From: Spirochaetaceae bacterium | GTDB taxonomy: Bacteria; Spirochaetota; Spirochaetia; DSM-2461 | Reading direction: 5' to 3' | Assembly (NCBI GenBank): GCA_051531975.1 | Contig: JAOPTT010000014.1 | Location: 64,001 to 128,000, forward strand | DNA: 64,000 nucleotides | Shown here: piece after piece, positions 19,200 to 28,915 of the stretch | How the letters are laid out: each line of letters begins with the position of its first letter | Numbering within the stretch: position 1 is the first letter of the stretch | Notes under the pieces: model-generated | Told to the model about the DNA's origin: nothing | Seen by the model: the letters and a program-made list of their open reading frames with translations, nothing else | The model's database searches: none | Translations under genes and position numbers: made by a program

Positions 19200-20156
19200 T
19201 TATATTAATGATAATAGAATATATAAAATAGGAACTGTATAAATTAAAGTACCCATTGTAAATAGCCAGGAAGTATTAGATAAGTCTATATCTAGATCGT
19301 AAACAGTTGGCGGAACTAAGGATGCAAACCCTGAAGGCATAGCTGATAAAATAAGTATAACTTTAATAACTAAGCCATTCTCCAAAGTATTTAATCCAAG
19401 TAACATTGCTATGGAAAATATTATAGTAGGAACCATTAAAGATTTAATTACAGCAATGGCAATACTATTTCTATAATGTCTTTTTATACTGGTAAAGTGA
19501 AACGCCATTCCTATTGATAACAGAAGCAAAACAGTTGCTCCAGTAATCAAGAAACTATTTAAAGATGCATACCATCCAGGCCTAACAGCTCCAGAAAAAT
19601 TAAGAATAAGACCAATTGTAATCGCAGTTAACATAGACATGATAAAAGGATCTTTAAAAATAGCTTTTAGCCTACTCTCCTTCTCTCCAACATGATCAGA
19701 ATATGATTTAGCAACTGGAAAGCCAATACCATAATTTACGAGCTCTTCAAATAGTTTATATAGTGGAACAATACTAAAACCAGGTTCTCCTAAAAAGAAA
19801 AATACAATAATCCCACCTACAGAACCTATATTAGTAAAAGCTCCAGAAGTTATTAACGAACCAGTCTGCTTTCGACCTATCCCCTTAGCTTTACAATATA
19901 TAAAAGCTAAAAAACCACCAGTAATAATAGCTGTGGCTCCAACAAATGGGATACTTATTATTTTCAGATCTTTTAATGGAGTTATCCATACAGCACCTAA
20001 AAATGCTATAGGGTTTAATAACTGTAATGCTACTCTTTGTAATACGATTCTAATCTTTTTTAAGCTTCCGATTTTTTTATTGAAGATTCTACCAAATAAG
20101 TAACCAGCAACAAGACTTAAAAATATCAATAATAGTGGTGATAAAAATGATTTCAT
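19200..20156 (-). CDS. AEC (auxin efflux carrier/malate permease) family transporter
   Basis: FTNIG..G, IFKDPF, LLSIG and LSAMPSG motifs; about 10 TM. Confidence 0.85.
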   Translation of the reverse strand: MKSFLSPLLLIFLSLVAGYLFGRIFNKKIGSLKKIRIVLQRVALQLLNPIAFLGAVWITPLKDLKIISIPFVGATAIITGGFLAFIYCKAKGIGRKQTGSLITSGAFTNIGSVGGIIVFFFLGEPGFSIVPLYKLFEELVNYGIGFPVAKSYSDHVGEKESRLKAIFKDPFIMSMLTAITIGLILNFSGAVRPGWYASLNSFLITGATVLLLLSIGMAFHFTSIKRHYRNSIAIAVIKSLMVPTIIFSIAMLLGLNTLENGLVIKVILILSAMPSGFASLVPPTVYDLDIDLSNTSWLFTMGTLIYTVPILYILLSLI

Positions 20157-20180
20157 AATCAATTATATCCAGTACTAAAT

Positions 20181-20196
20181 ATTTTGTATACAGAAT
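20181..20196. promoter_or_regulatory. GntR-type operator upstream of the AEC transporter
   Basis: ATTTTGTATACAGAAT, one mismatch to the cluster palindrome. Confidence 0.55.
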
Positions 20197-20241
20197 AATT
20201 TTACTATGTTCATAATTGAGTTTGAGATATAGAATATAAGG

Positions 20242-20694
20242 ATGAATAGTAAATTACCAAGAATAGGAACAGGTGTTGTTGTTTTTAATAAACAGGGACA
20301 GATTTTAATGGGTAAAAGAACATATAAACCAATTGGTTATAGTCTACCTGGTGGACACCTTGAATTTGGAGAAACTCTAAAAGATTGTGCAAAGCGGGAA
20401 GTATTTGAAGAAGCTGGTGTAGAAATCGAAAATATTGAGATAATAACTATAGGCGAGAACCTGTTTCTAGATAAAAACTTTCATAGTATCTCTATATTTA
20501 TATTTTCAACTATTAAAGATGACCAGATATTACAAAATCCAGAACCAGATAAATGTGATGGTTGGAACTGGATAAGTATAGATAATATTCCAAAAAATCT
20601 CTCTTTTAACTACGACCCAATATTTACTAATGATTTTAAGTTAATAAAAAATTACTTGCAGAGTCATTTTAAAAATTACTTGGAAAGTTATTAG
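20242..20694 (+). CDS. NUDIX hydrolase (NUDT15/MutT-like)
   Basis: PGGHLEFGETLKDCAKREVFEEAG Nudix box; EPDKCDGWNW. Confidence 0.92.
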   Translation: MNSKLPRIGTGVVVFNKQGQILMGKRTYKPIGYSLPGGHLEFGETLKDCAKREVFEEAGVEIENIEIITIGENLFLDKNFHSISIFIFSTIKDDQILQNPEPDKCDGWNWISIDNIPKNLSFNYDPIFTNDFKLIKNYLQSHFKNYLESY

Positions 20695-20727
20695 AAAATC
20701 ACTTGGAAAGTTATTTTAAAAATTACT
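20647..20727. repeat. degenerate tandem repeat of about 24 bp, about 3.4 copies
   Basis: Unit AAAAATTACTTGGAAAGTTATTTT spanning the NUDIX stop codon. Confidence 0.75.
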
Positions 20728-21235
20728 CAAAAATAACTGTTTCTTCTAGTGATAATCTTTCAGAGTCATGCCTATTAGGGGATGTTGGGTTTTTAGCAGA
20801 GTAACCAAATTCCAGTAGGTTAACAATTTTATAGTTCTTAGGTATATCAAACTCTTCATAAAGAACTTCTGGATCAAACCAGTTCAACCATAATGAGTCT
20901 ATTCCAAGGTTTTTAGCCATTAAAATCATATGTGTAGAGACAATTGAACAGTCTATATCGTTCATATCTCTATTATCGAATGGATTTATCCAACTATCTG
21001 GAGTATAACTACAAACAATCATTATTAAAGGTGCGTTATTAGTTCTTGCAGACAATGCTATTGATTCTATACCTGCCTTAGACTGTATAACAAAAATCCT
21101 TTGGGTCTGTCTATTTGCAGCGGTAGGGGCTACTCTTCCGGCTTCTAATATATAATCTAAGTCCTCTTTTTTTATTTCTGTATCTTTGTATTTCCTAGCT
21201 GAATATCTGGACTTCATTAGTTTTAATAGTTCCAT
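20723..21235 (-). CDS. nitroreductase family protein
   Basis: SRYSARKY, APTAANRQ, LGIDSLW. Confidence 0.92.
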   Translation of the reverse strand: MELLKLMKSRYSARKYKDTEIKKEDLDYILEAGRVAPTAANRQTQRIFVIQSKAGIESIALSARTNNAPLIMIVCSYTPDSWINPFDNRDMNDIDCSIVSTHMILMAKNLGIDSLWLNWFDPEVLYEEFDIPKNYKIVNLLEFGYSAKNPTSPNRHDSERLSLEETVIFE

Positions 21236-21447
21236 TTCTTATTCCTTTTAAATATATTATAGAGTTAATTATAGTATACTTATATATAATTATGAATAAA
21301 GAATTAACATAAATTTTATTTGACCGACAGGTGGTTATGACCTAATATTCATGTTTAATTAATTCAAAATTACCTTCCTTAGATAGTTCATAGTTTTATT
21401 GTTTAATTTACAGGAACATTATGTTATTATAAATAAGAGAGGTTTTT

Positions 21448-21669
21448 ATGATTAAAAAGATAAAGGTTAATGGTATGACCTGTGATGACTGCGTTAAAGC
21501 AGTAAGAAAAGCTATTGAAGGTATTAATGGAGTTGACACATGTAGTGTTAAAATTGGAAGTGCTACGATCGAAACATGTCTTTCTGGCCCTGAACAATTC
21601 CTTGAACTAGAAACATCCATAGTTTCTGCAATAAATGAAGCTGGTTATTCTGTAAAAAGTATTAAGTAA
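21448..21669 (+). CDS. heavy-metal-associated (CopZ-like) chaperone
   Basis: GMTCDDCV motif; AINEAGY; GAGG RBS. Confidence 0.9.
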   Translation: MIKKIKVNGMTCDDCVKAVRKAIEGINGVDTCSVKIGSATIETCLSGPEQFLELETSIVSAINEAGYSVKSIK

Positions 21670-21878
21670 TTGTTGGTATCTTATTTATAAGAATACAATT
21701 TTATCACATATCTTCTTTTCAATATCCTACTATTTAAATAGCATAAATTGAATAGGGATATTAATATCTACACTCAAAAAGGATTACAAACTCACTAGAG
21801 TTTATTGATCATCAAATTTTAGAATATTAAATATTTTTCTTCGAAAGAAGTATCATTTTAATAAGTCATGATAAAGAA

Positions 21879-21907
21879 AAACACACCCAATTATATCAGG
21901 TGTGTTT
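21879..21907 (-). terminator. intrinsic terminator after metY
   Basis: AAACACACC..GGTGTGTTT with a T-run on the minus strand. Confidence 0.6.
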
Positions 21908-21937
21908 AAGTTTTTTAGGATATTTTTGTAAGGATTA

Positions 21938-23215
21938 TTATGCCTTTAAAGCACTATCAAGGTCTGAAATTATATCATCTATATTCTCGATACCTATTGA
22001 AAGTCTAATTAAACCAGGTGTAATACCACCCTTCTTCTGAGCTTCTTCATTAAGCTGAGAATGTGTAGTACTTGATGGATGTACTGCTAAAGATTTTGCA
22101 TCTCCAACATTTGCTACGTGGCTAAACAGTTTTAAAGAGTCAATTAATTTCTCTCCAGCTTCCTTTCCACCTTTAACTTCAAATACAACCATTCCACCTG
22201 CACCTTTAGTTAACTTCTCTTTTGCAAGATCGTAGGATTCATCACCCTCGAGACCAGGATAATTAACCCAATCCACGTTTTTATGACCTTGTAAGAACTT
22301 TGCAACTTTTAATGCATTTTCTGAATGTCTTTCCATTCTTAGGGCTAATGTCTCAATTCCCTGTAAAAACTGCCATGCGTTATCTGGAGATATTGCTGAC
22401 CCTAAGTTTCTTAATGGAACTAATCGTAATCTAAGTGCGTAAGCTACTGGATTTAACGGTCCTAAATCGTGGGCAAATCGTATATTGTTGTAGCTAGCTT
22501 CTGGGTCATTTAAAAGTGGAAACTTCTCAGTTCCAAAGTTAAACTTACCAGAGTCTACAACAACACCACCAATTCCAATACCGTGTCCACCAATCCATTT
22601 TGTTAAAGAGTGAACAACAATATCTGCACCATCGTCAATTGGTCTATATAAATATGGAGTAGTAAAAGTACTATCAACAATTAAAGGAAGTCCATTTTCG
22701 TGGGCAATGTCTGCATATTTTCTAATATCAACAAAGTTAAGAGAAGGATTACCAATGGTTTCTGTATAAACAGCTTTTGTCTTTTCGTTAATTGCTGCTT
22801 TTAAACCTTCATAATCCCCGTTTTCAATAACATGAACTTTAATACCTAAGTCAGGTAAAATATTGTTAAACATTGTATAAGTTCCACCATATAGGTTACT
22901 AGTTGCTACAATTTCATCACCAGCTTTGGCAATATTAACAATTGAATAAAAAATAGCTGATGTTCCAGAAGCTAATGCAACTGCTGCTGCTCCACCTTCT
23001 AATGCTGCTAATCTCTGTTCAAGTACATCCTGAGTAGGGTTCATTAATCTTGTATAGATATTACCTAACTCTTTTAAGTGAAAAAGATCACTTGCATGTT
23101 TTGCATCTCTAAAATGGTATGCACTTGTTCTATTTAAAGGAACAGCACATGTTCCATCACCTTTTGTCTTATCATACCCTGCATGCAGTGCTAACGTTTC
23201 AAATTTCTGACTCAT
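21938..23215 (-). CDS. metY: O-acetylhomoserine aminocarboxypropyltransferase/sulfhydrylase
   Basis: GNIYTRLMNPT, HSLTKWIGGHG, ANVGDAKSL, HPSSTTH. Confidence 0.95.
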   Translation of the reverse strand: MSQKFETLALHAGYDKTKGDGTCAVPLNRTSAYHFRDAKHASDLFHLKELGNIYTRLMNPTQDVLEQRLAALEGGAAAVALASGTSAIFYSIVNIAKAGDEIVATSNLYGGTYTMFNNILPDLGIKVHVIENGDYEGLKAAINEKTKAVYTETIGNPSLNFVDIRKYADIAHENGLPLIVDSTFTTPYLYRPIDDGADIVVHSLTKWIGGHGIGIGGVVVDSGKFNFGTEKFPLLNDPEASYNNIRFAHDLGPLNPVAYALRLRLVPLRNLGSAISPDNAWQFLQGIETLALRMERHSENALKVAKFLQGHKNVDWVNYPGLEGDESYDLAKEKLTKGAGGMVVFEVKGGKEAGEKLIDSLKLFSHVANVGDAKSLAVHPSSTTHSQLNEEAQKKGGITPGLIRLSIGIENIDDIISDLDSALKA

Positions 23216-23225
23216 ATTTTACCTC

Positions 23226-23259
23226 TTCACTCTATTGTATTATTTCACTCTATTGTATT
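23226..23259. repeat. 16-bp direct repeat between cysK and metY
   Basis: TTCACTCTATTGTATT twice (23226-23241, 23244-23259). Confidence 0.7.
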
Positions 23260-23261
23260 TT

Positions 23262-24182
23262 TTAGTCTTCGTATAACCATGTACTTAAATATCTCTCACC
23301 TGATGATGGGGATATAGCCAATATTTTTTTACCTGCATACTCGTCTCGAGCTGCTAATTCTAAAGCTGCTTTTACCGCTGCACCAGATGAGATACCTAAT
23401 AGTAGTCCCTCTTCTTTTGCAACTCTTCTAGAAGTTATACCAGAATCCTCTGATGATATCTGAATTACTTCATCATAAATGTCTGTATTTAATACTGCAG
23501 GAACAAACCCTGCACCGATACCTTGTATTTTATGTGGTCCAGCACTCTCTCCTGATAATACAGCAGACCCAACTGGTTCAACCGCAGCAATATGAATATT
23601 AGGCCACTTCTTTTTAAGAACTTCACTTGTTCCTGTTATAGTACCACCTGTACCAATTCCTGAAACAAAAGCATCTAATCCATCAGGGAAATCTTTAATA
23701 ATTTCTAATGATGTAGTTAGTCTATGTGCTTCAGGATTTGAAGGATTTTCAAACTGTCTTAAAACATAAGATTTTTTATTCTCTCTTGAAATTTCTTCTG
23801 CTTTTTCAATTGCACCTTTCATTCCCTGAGCACCTGGAGTTAAAATTAGTTCAGCACCTAATGCTTTCAATAATTTTCTTCTCTCTAAACTCATAGTATC
23901 AGGCATAACTATAGCAACTTTATACCCTCTAGCTGCACCAACAAATGCAAGTCCAATACCTGTATTTCCACTAGTTGCTTCAATTAAAAGAGTATCTTTA
24001 TCAATATCCCCTCTAGCTTCCGCATCTAAAATCATCTGTTTTGCTATTCTATCTTTTACACTAGAAAGTGGATTAGAACCTTCTAACTTTACATATACTT
24101 CGCCTTTTAAACCTTCTGTTACTTTATTAAGTTTAACTACTGGTGTATTTCCAACTAAATCTATTACTGAATTATATATCAT
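23262..24182 (-). CDS. cysK: cysteine synthase A
   Basis: NPLSSVKDRIA, TSGNTG, GTGGT, PHKIQGIG; ATG 24182 preferred. Confidence 0.97.
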   Translation of the reverse strand: MIYNSVIDLVGNTPVVKLNKVTEGLKGEVYVKLEGSNPLSSVKDRIAKQMILDAEARGDIDKDTLLIEATSGNTGIGLAFVGAARGYKVAIVMPDTMSLERRKLLKALGAELILTPGAQGMKGAIEKAEEISRENKKSYVLRQFENPSNPEAHRLTTSLEIIKDFPDGLDAFVSGIGTGGTITGTSEVLKKKWPNIHIAAVEPVGSAVLSGESAGPHKIQGIGAGFVPAVLNTDIYDEVIQISSEDSGITSRRVAKEEGLLLGISSGAAVKAALELAARDEYAGKKILAISPSSGERYLSTWLYED

Positions 24183-24440
24183 CTTTATTCCCCTTAATTC
24201 CCATCTGATTAGTAGGTTAATCATTATTTTAATTAATGTCAACTATCGATATTCCTATTAGACCAGAATTTTATTTTGTGATTTAATTATTTACAGTATA
24301 ACATATTTTTATTGATGATTTTGAGATACAAATTAGTGTTTATTATTGCTGGGATAAACTAAGAACTCGATTAATACAATAAACCACAAATATTGATCTA
24401 TATCAAAATAATTAAATTAATCGAGTATTAGTAATAAAAA

Positions 24441-25298
24441 CTAAATGTTTACATCATTAAATATAATTTCTGCTTTCCCCAAAATTTCATTGGCTTCAAT
24501 TGCAGTCATAAATTGATCAAAATCGATATCTATAGAACTCTTTTTTGGAAGAGGTGATGGGAACTTTGCAAGGGCAAAAATAGTTATAACATACTCATGA
24601 GACCCTGCACTTGGGCTGCAAGGAGAAGTATATGATATTACTCTACCATCTTTATTTTGTCCCATAAACCTATTGCCACTACTTGCTTCACCATAAGAAA
24701 TCTTTTTTGTAGTAGGATCTATACCCCACAATAATAGATAGGAATTAACACCTGTTTTATCTTCTTTATTTGGATAGTGATACATAACGATTGCAAGTGA
24801 CTTTGTACCTTTAGGAATGTTATCCCAGTTAAGAGGAATAGACTTCTCTATTCCATCAACTTTCTCCTCGCACTTATATTTTTCTAGTAGTTCTCTATTT
24901 TTTATGGCTATACTATGAATTTTAAAGTCTGATGTACCATAATCTGTGGTTAGTGAAGAGTAAATTTTCCCACTACTCTTATTCTTATTTGGTGGGTTGT
25001 TTTTGGGATCTCCAGGTTTTCCAGGCTCTGCACCTTTTCCAGAACCTCCGGAACGAGTAGGTCGAGATAATAATTTTAATTCTTCAGGATCAAAACCTTC
25101 AGCTCGAATTAAATCATCAAGTGCAGGTCCATTTTTAAATCCAGCATCTTCAATAGCTTCCATTATTTCAACAGCACTATCTTTATTTAATGTAGAAGAA
25201 TTATAATTTTTCAATATATCTTTTATACTATCCCTCGCATATAAGCTAATAATACACGACAGCAAAATTATTATTAGTAATGGCTTTTTTATATTCAT
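24441..25298 (-). CDS. exported YbhB/YbcL (PEBP) family protein with N-terminal helical domain and Gly/Pro linker
   Basis: SIPLNW..PKGTKSLAIVM, YTSPCSP..HEYVITIFAL; signal peptide. Confidence 0.8.
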   Translation of the reverse strand: MNIKKPLLIIILLSCIISLYARDSIKDILKNYNSSTLNKDSAVEIMEAIEDAGFKNGPALDDLIRAEGFDPEELKLLSRPTRSGGSGKGAEPGKPGDPKNNPPNKNKSSGKIYSSLTTDYGTSDFKIHSIAIKNRELLEKYKCEEKVDGIEKSIPLNWDNIPKGTKSLAIVMYHYPNKEDKTGVNSYLLLWGIDPTTKKISYGEASSGNRFMGQNKDGRVISYTSPCSPSAGSHEYVITIFALAKFPSPLPKKSSIDIDFDQFMTAIEANEILGKAEIIFNDVNI

Positions 25299-25439
25299 AA
25301 TATCTCCCAATAAACTTTATGGGATAATAATAATTCATTTTAATGAAATGTACTAAACTAATTTATTATATTTAGGTTATAATACAAAACTTAGGCCTCG
25401 TTGGTAAAATATCTCGGTTTCTATTCTAAAAGGACTTCT

Positions 25440-25802
25440 TTAAAACTGATCTGTTTTTAACATAACTAAAGTACAACCGATAACAACATCGATACCTTCA
25501 TCTTTTAGACTTTTTATAGCATGAGCGGACTCTGTTCCAGGATTAAATATAACCCTTTTAGGTTTTAACCTAAAAATCCCATCAAGATTTGCATCTACAT
25601 ATTTTGGATTCAGATACAAACTTAAAGTATCAACTTTGTCTTTTATAGAATCCAGGTCAGAATAAACCTTAATCCCATCTATCTCTGAAATTGTTGGGTG
25701 CACAGGTAAAACATCATGTTTATAGGATGTCAAAAGCTTCACAGCCATATTTGAATACCTATCCTCTTTATTGCTTGCACCTAAAACTGCAACTGTTTCC
25801 AT
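25440..25802 (-). CDS. CoA-binding protein (YccU-like)
   Basis: VAVLGAS..RYS..IFNPGTE..CTLVML. Confidence 0.9.
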   Translation of the reverse strand: METVAVLGASNKEDRYSNMAVKLLTSYKHDVLPVHPTISEIDGIKVYSDLDSIKDKVDTLSLYLNPKYVDANLDGIFRLKPKRVIFNPGTESAHAIKSLKDEGIDVVIGCTLVMLKTDQF

Positions 25803-26572
25803 TAATTACTCCTTATTAGATCTACTAGCTCCTCATAATCTAGGTCTGGATGTATTCCAAGCCTAGAAAGAGCAAAATCCCACTTAACAGGATCATCTGG
25901 GTTTAAATTAGCAAACTCTTTAGTAATTTTAAGTACATTTGACATTGAATTGCTAGCAGATTTTGTAAAACCTAAAATTTTACTAATATTTGTCATGTGA
26001 ATATCTAGGGGAATTATGAGTTTAGATGCAGGGAGACCCTTCCATAAACCTAAATCTACTCTGTCTTCCCTTACCATCCACCTAAAATATAGAGCCAATC
26101 TTTTAAATGCACTATTTCCTGAACTTTTAGGAATTAGTGGAGAGCTTAAATTAAACTCTGCGGACAATCTTTTAAAAAGTGGAAAAAATGTTTCATCATC
26201 TTTATTATAATTATCCATAACCCAATTTTCTAAAGATTCATATTTAACTACTACTTTTTTTATGTTTACAAAGAACTCTATTATATGAACATCTTTATAA
26301 TACCTATAATAAAAACCCTTAAACTTTGTTTCTATATCCGGTTCAGAGCAATTTTTGAAAAAATCGTAGGGCCTGTTGCCCATCTGATCAAAAACTGACT
26401 TTAAAAACTTTAAAATCTGAAATACATTTCCTACTGCAAAAGAGGAAGCTATAAGTCCAACAATCTCCTGATCGTTTTTATTATTAAAGTTGCAAACCAT
26501 CTCAAACGGGTCGGGATGTATATACTCTTTTTTATTGTATTTATCATATAACTTATCTAAGTCATTTATCAC
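25802..26572 (-). CDS. TIGR02757/DUF2400 family protein
   Basis: HPDP, SAFKRL..RWMVR..VDLGLW, IPLD.H, DPVKWDFAL. Confidence 0.9.
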   Translation of the reverse strand: MINDLDKLYDKYNKKEYIHPDPFEMVCNFNNKNDQEIVGLIASSFAVGNVFQILKFLKSVFDQMGNRPYDFFKNCSEPDIETKFKGFYYRYYKDVHIIEFFVNIKKVVVKYESLENWVMDNYNKDDETFFPLFKRLSAEFNLSSPLIPKSSGNSAFKRLALYFRWMVREDRVDLGLWKGLPASKLIIPLDIHMTNISKILGFTKSASNSMSNVLKITKEFANLNPDDPVKWDFALSRLGIHPDLDYEELVDLIRSN

Positions 26573-27269
26573 TTTCTATATCCTTATATATTATTGGTAG
26601 AATCGGTTCTAATTCTGGAATAGTAACAAATCCCTCTGAATTTACGCCTACTTTGAATGGTACTATTTTAACTACCTGAGCTACTCTCTTTAATGTAGTT
26701 GCAAATGTAGGGTCTGTTATATTATTAGGAGAAAAGCTTGTTGAATTAGGATTGAAAACAACTAAAATAACCATCGCCTTATATCCTTCAGCTATTGCTA
26801 GCTCTAACTCGTTCAGATGTTTTACTCCCCTGGTCGTAGGAGCGTCTGGGAAAATTGCTTCTAGGCCATTAAACAAAGTACATGATTTAACTTCTATAAA
26901 TGTCTTTTCCCCACCGTCCTCAACTAAAAAATCAAACCGTGATTTTCCATAGGTAACTTCACTTCTAATTTCTGGTTTGTTAAAGAGTCTAGGAATTATT
27001 AACTTACCTGCAACATCGTTAGCCCTAGCCGATGTAATTGGAACTATTAAATTTTCTTTATATACTGCCACCACGCTATAGGCGGTTTTTCTATTTGGGT
27101 TTGTACTCTTTTCTAATATTAGTTTAACACCAGGAAATAGTAGTTCTTTCATCCGCCCTGTATTTGGACAGTGACAAATAACGACTTCCCCATCTATTAA
27201 AGCGTGGATTATAAACCTATTAGGTCTAACTCTGAATTCTGCAATCACATCGTTCTGGAATAACTTCAT
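26562..27269 (-). CDS. sfsA: DNA/RNA nuclease SfsA
   Basis: RPNRF, HCPNTGRM, SRFDF, EVKSCTL, FPDAPTTRGVKHL. Confidence 0.95.
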   Translation of the reverse strand: MKLFQNDVIAEFRVRPNRFIIHALIDGEVVICHCPNTGRMKELLFPGVKLILEKSTNPNRKTAYSVVAVYKENLIVPITSARANDVAGKLIIPRLFNKPEIRSEVTYGKSRFDFLVEDGGEKTFIEVKSCTLFNGLEAIFPDAPTTRGVKHLNELELAIAEGYKAMVILVVFNPNSTSFSPNNITDPTFATTLKRVAQVVKIVPFKVGVNSEGFVTIPELEPILPIIYKDIESDK

Positions 27270-27389
27270 ATATTAAATATAGGTATAATTATTATAATGT
27301 TCAAGTTTAACCCCTTCAAGATTTGACAATATAACGTTTTCTATATATATTACTTTGTATAAGAAATTGAAATTAGAGGTGAAAGAGAT

Positions 27390-27662
27390 ATGGACAATAT
27401 ATTAGATGGGAATGCCCCAATAGTAATCGATGTAAGATCAAGAGATGAGTATGCTGGAGGATCTTATCCAGGTGCTATTAACATTCCTGTAGACGAGATT
27501 GAGTCAAGAACTGGTGACTTAGGAAATAGAGACAGAGAGATCGTTTTATATTGTGCATCTGGTGGAAGAAGTTCATTTGCCCTTAGCATATTACAACGAT
27601 ATAGCTTCACAAACCTTAAAAATGGTGGTGGATTTATGCAAATGATGTCTACACTAAAATAA
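27390..27662 (+). CDS. single-domain rhodanese
   Basis: IDVRS..EY..GAINIP; LYCASGGRS. Confidence 0.92.
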   Translation: MDNILDGNAPIVIDVRSRDEYAGGSYPGAINIPVDEIESRTGDLGNRDREIVLYCASGGRSSFALSILQRYSFTNLKNGGGFMQMMSTLK

Positions 27663-27724
27663 AACATTGACTTTTTTATGAGTAACGGCTACTTTAGTTA
27701 GTATAGGCTAACATAGGAGTTATT

Positions 27725-28756
27725 ATGAATGTAATTTTTTACGATTCAAAACAGTATGATATAGACTCATTCACAAACGAAAACAGGGACTTTGGGTATA
27801 AATTAAAGTTCCTTGATTTTAAACTCACAATAGAATCAGCAGAACTTGCTAAAGGTTACGATGTTGTATGTGTATTTGTAAACGACATAGTTACTGAAGA
27901 AATTATTAGTAGGTTACATGAGCTAGGTGTAAAAATGATTGCTCTAAGATGTGCTGGTTATAATAATGTAGACTTTGAGAGTGCATTTGAAAAAGTTCAT
28001 ATCGCCAGAGTTCCAGCCTACTCCCCATATGCTGTAGCAGAACATGGTATGGCACTAATAATGACTCTAAATAGAAAAACTCATAAAGCATATAACAGAA
28101 CCAAAGAGAGTAACTTTAACATTGGTGGTCTTGTTGGTTTTGATCTATATGGAAAAAACATTGGTGTTATTGGTACAGGTAAAATTGGACAAAAGTTCAT
28201 AAACATTGCCAACGGTTTTGGTATGAATGTACTAGCCTACGACAAGTTTCCAAATAAAGATCTAGATGTAACATATACAGATTTAGATACACTGTATAAA
28301 GAGTCCGATATTATCTCTCTGCACTGTCCACTTTTAAAAGATACAGAACATTTAATAAACAAAGATAGTATAGATAAGATGAAAGATGGTGTAATGATAA
28401 TAAATACTTCCCGGGGTGGTTTAATTAAAGCTAAAGATCTTATTCGAGGTTTAAAAACCAGGAAAATAGGTAGTGCTGGATTAGATGTATACGAAGAGGA
28501 AGCAAAATACTTTTTCGAAGACTTTTCAGATGACATGGTTAAGGACGATATTTTAGCTAGACTTTTATCATTTCCAAATGTATTAGTTACAAGTCATCAA
28601 GCTTTTTTAACAAAAGAAGCTCTAAAAAATATAGCTAATACAACATTAAATAATATTAAAAGTTTTAGTTTAGGCCAGGATGAGTACAATGAAATATGTT
28701 ACAATTGCAAACACAAAGCAACCTGTCCTAAAAAAAATGGTAAAGGTTGTTTCTAG
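27725..28756 (+). CDS. ldhA: D-lactate dehydrogenase
   Basis: ALRCAGYNNVD, RVPAYSPYAVAEH, LDVYEEE, TSHQAF. Confidence 0.92.
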   Translation: MNVIFYDSKQYDIDSFTNENRDFGYKLKFLDFKLTIESAELAKGYDVVCVFVNDIVTEEIISRLHELGVKMIALRCAGYNNVDFESAFEKVHIARVPAYSPYAVAEHGMALIMTLNRKTHKAYNRTKESNFNIGGLVGFDLYGKNIGVIGTGKIGQKFINIANGFGMNVLAYDKFPNKDLDVTYTDLDTLYKESDIISLHCPLLKDTEHLINKDSIDKMKDGVMIINTSRGGLIKAKDLIRGLKTRKIGSAGLDVYEEEAKYFFEDFSDDMVKDDILARLLSFPNVLVTSHQAFLTKEALKNIANTTLNNIKSFSLGQDEYNEICYNCKHKATCPKKNGKGCF

Positions 28757-28915
28757 CAGTCTGTCGGACTTAATGTTTACAAGGATATTTGCAGAGATTT
28801 TTGTCCTATTTGAGACGAGAATGAGGAAAATATTTCCAATATTTGACAATTGAACAACGAAAAATAGGGCTAAAAGATCAAAAATAGACTGTAATTGATT
28901 GAGTCCAACTGACTG
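28757..28915. mobile_element. non-autonomous miniature inverted-repeat element (MITE), 159 bp, flanked by CTAG
   Basis: 18-bp terminal IRs (15/18 match), nested internal IRs, CTAG at 28753-28756 and 28916-28919. Confidence 0.75.

Noticed and set aside
20647..20727. 24-bp repeats as a CRISPR array
   Set aside because: The repeats are contiguous with no spacers, and no cas genes are present.
23226..23259. 16-bp direct repeat as a target-site duplication or operator
   Set aside because: The copies are 2 nt apart with no element between them; most simply a local slippage duplication.
24365..24426. Perfect FNR-like box TTGAT-CTAT-ATCAA (24393-24406) inside an 11-bp inverted repeat
   Set aside because: It is over 200 nt from the cysK start and in very AT-rich DNA; the local Crp/Fnr protein fits the HcpR box better; it may be chance or a terminator.
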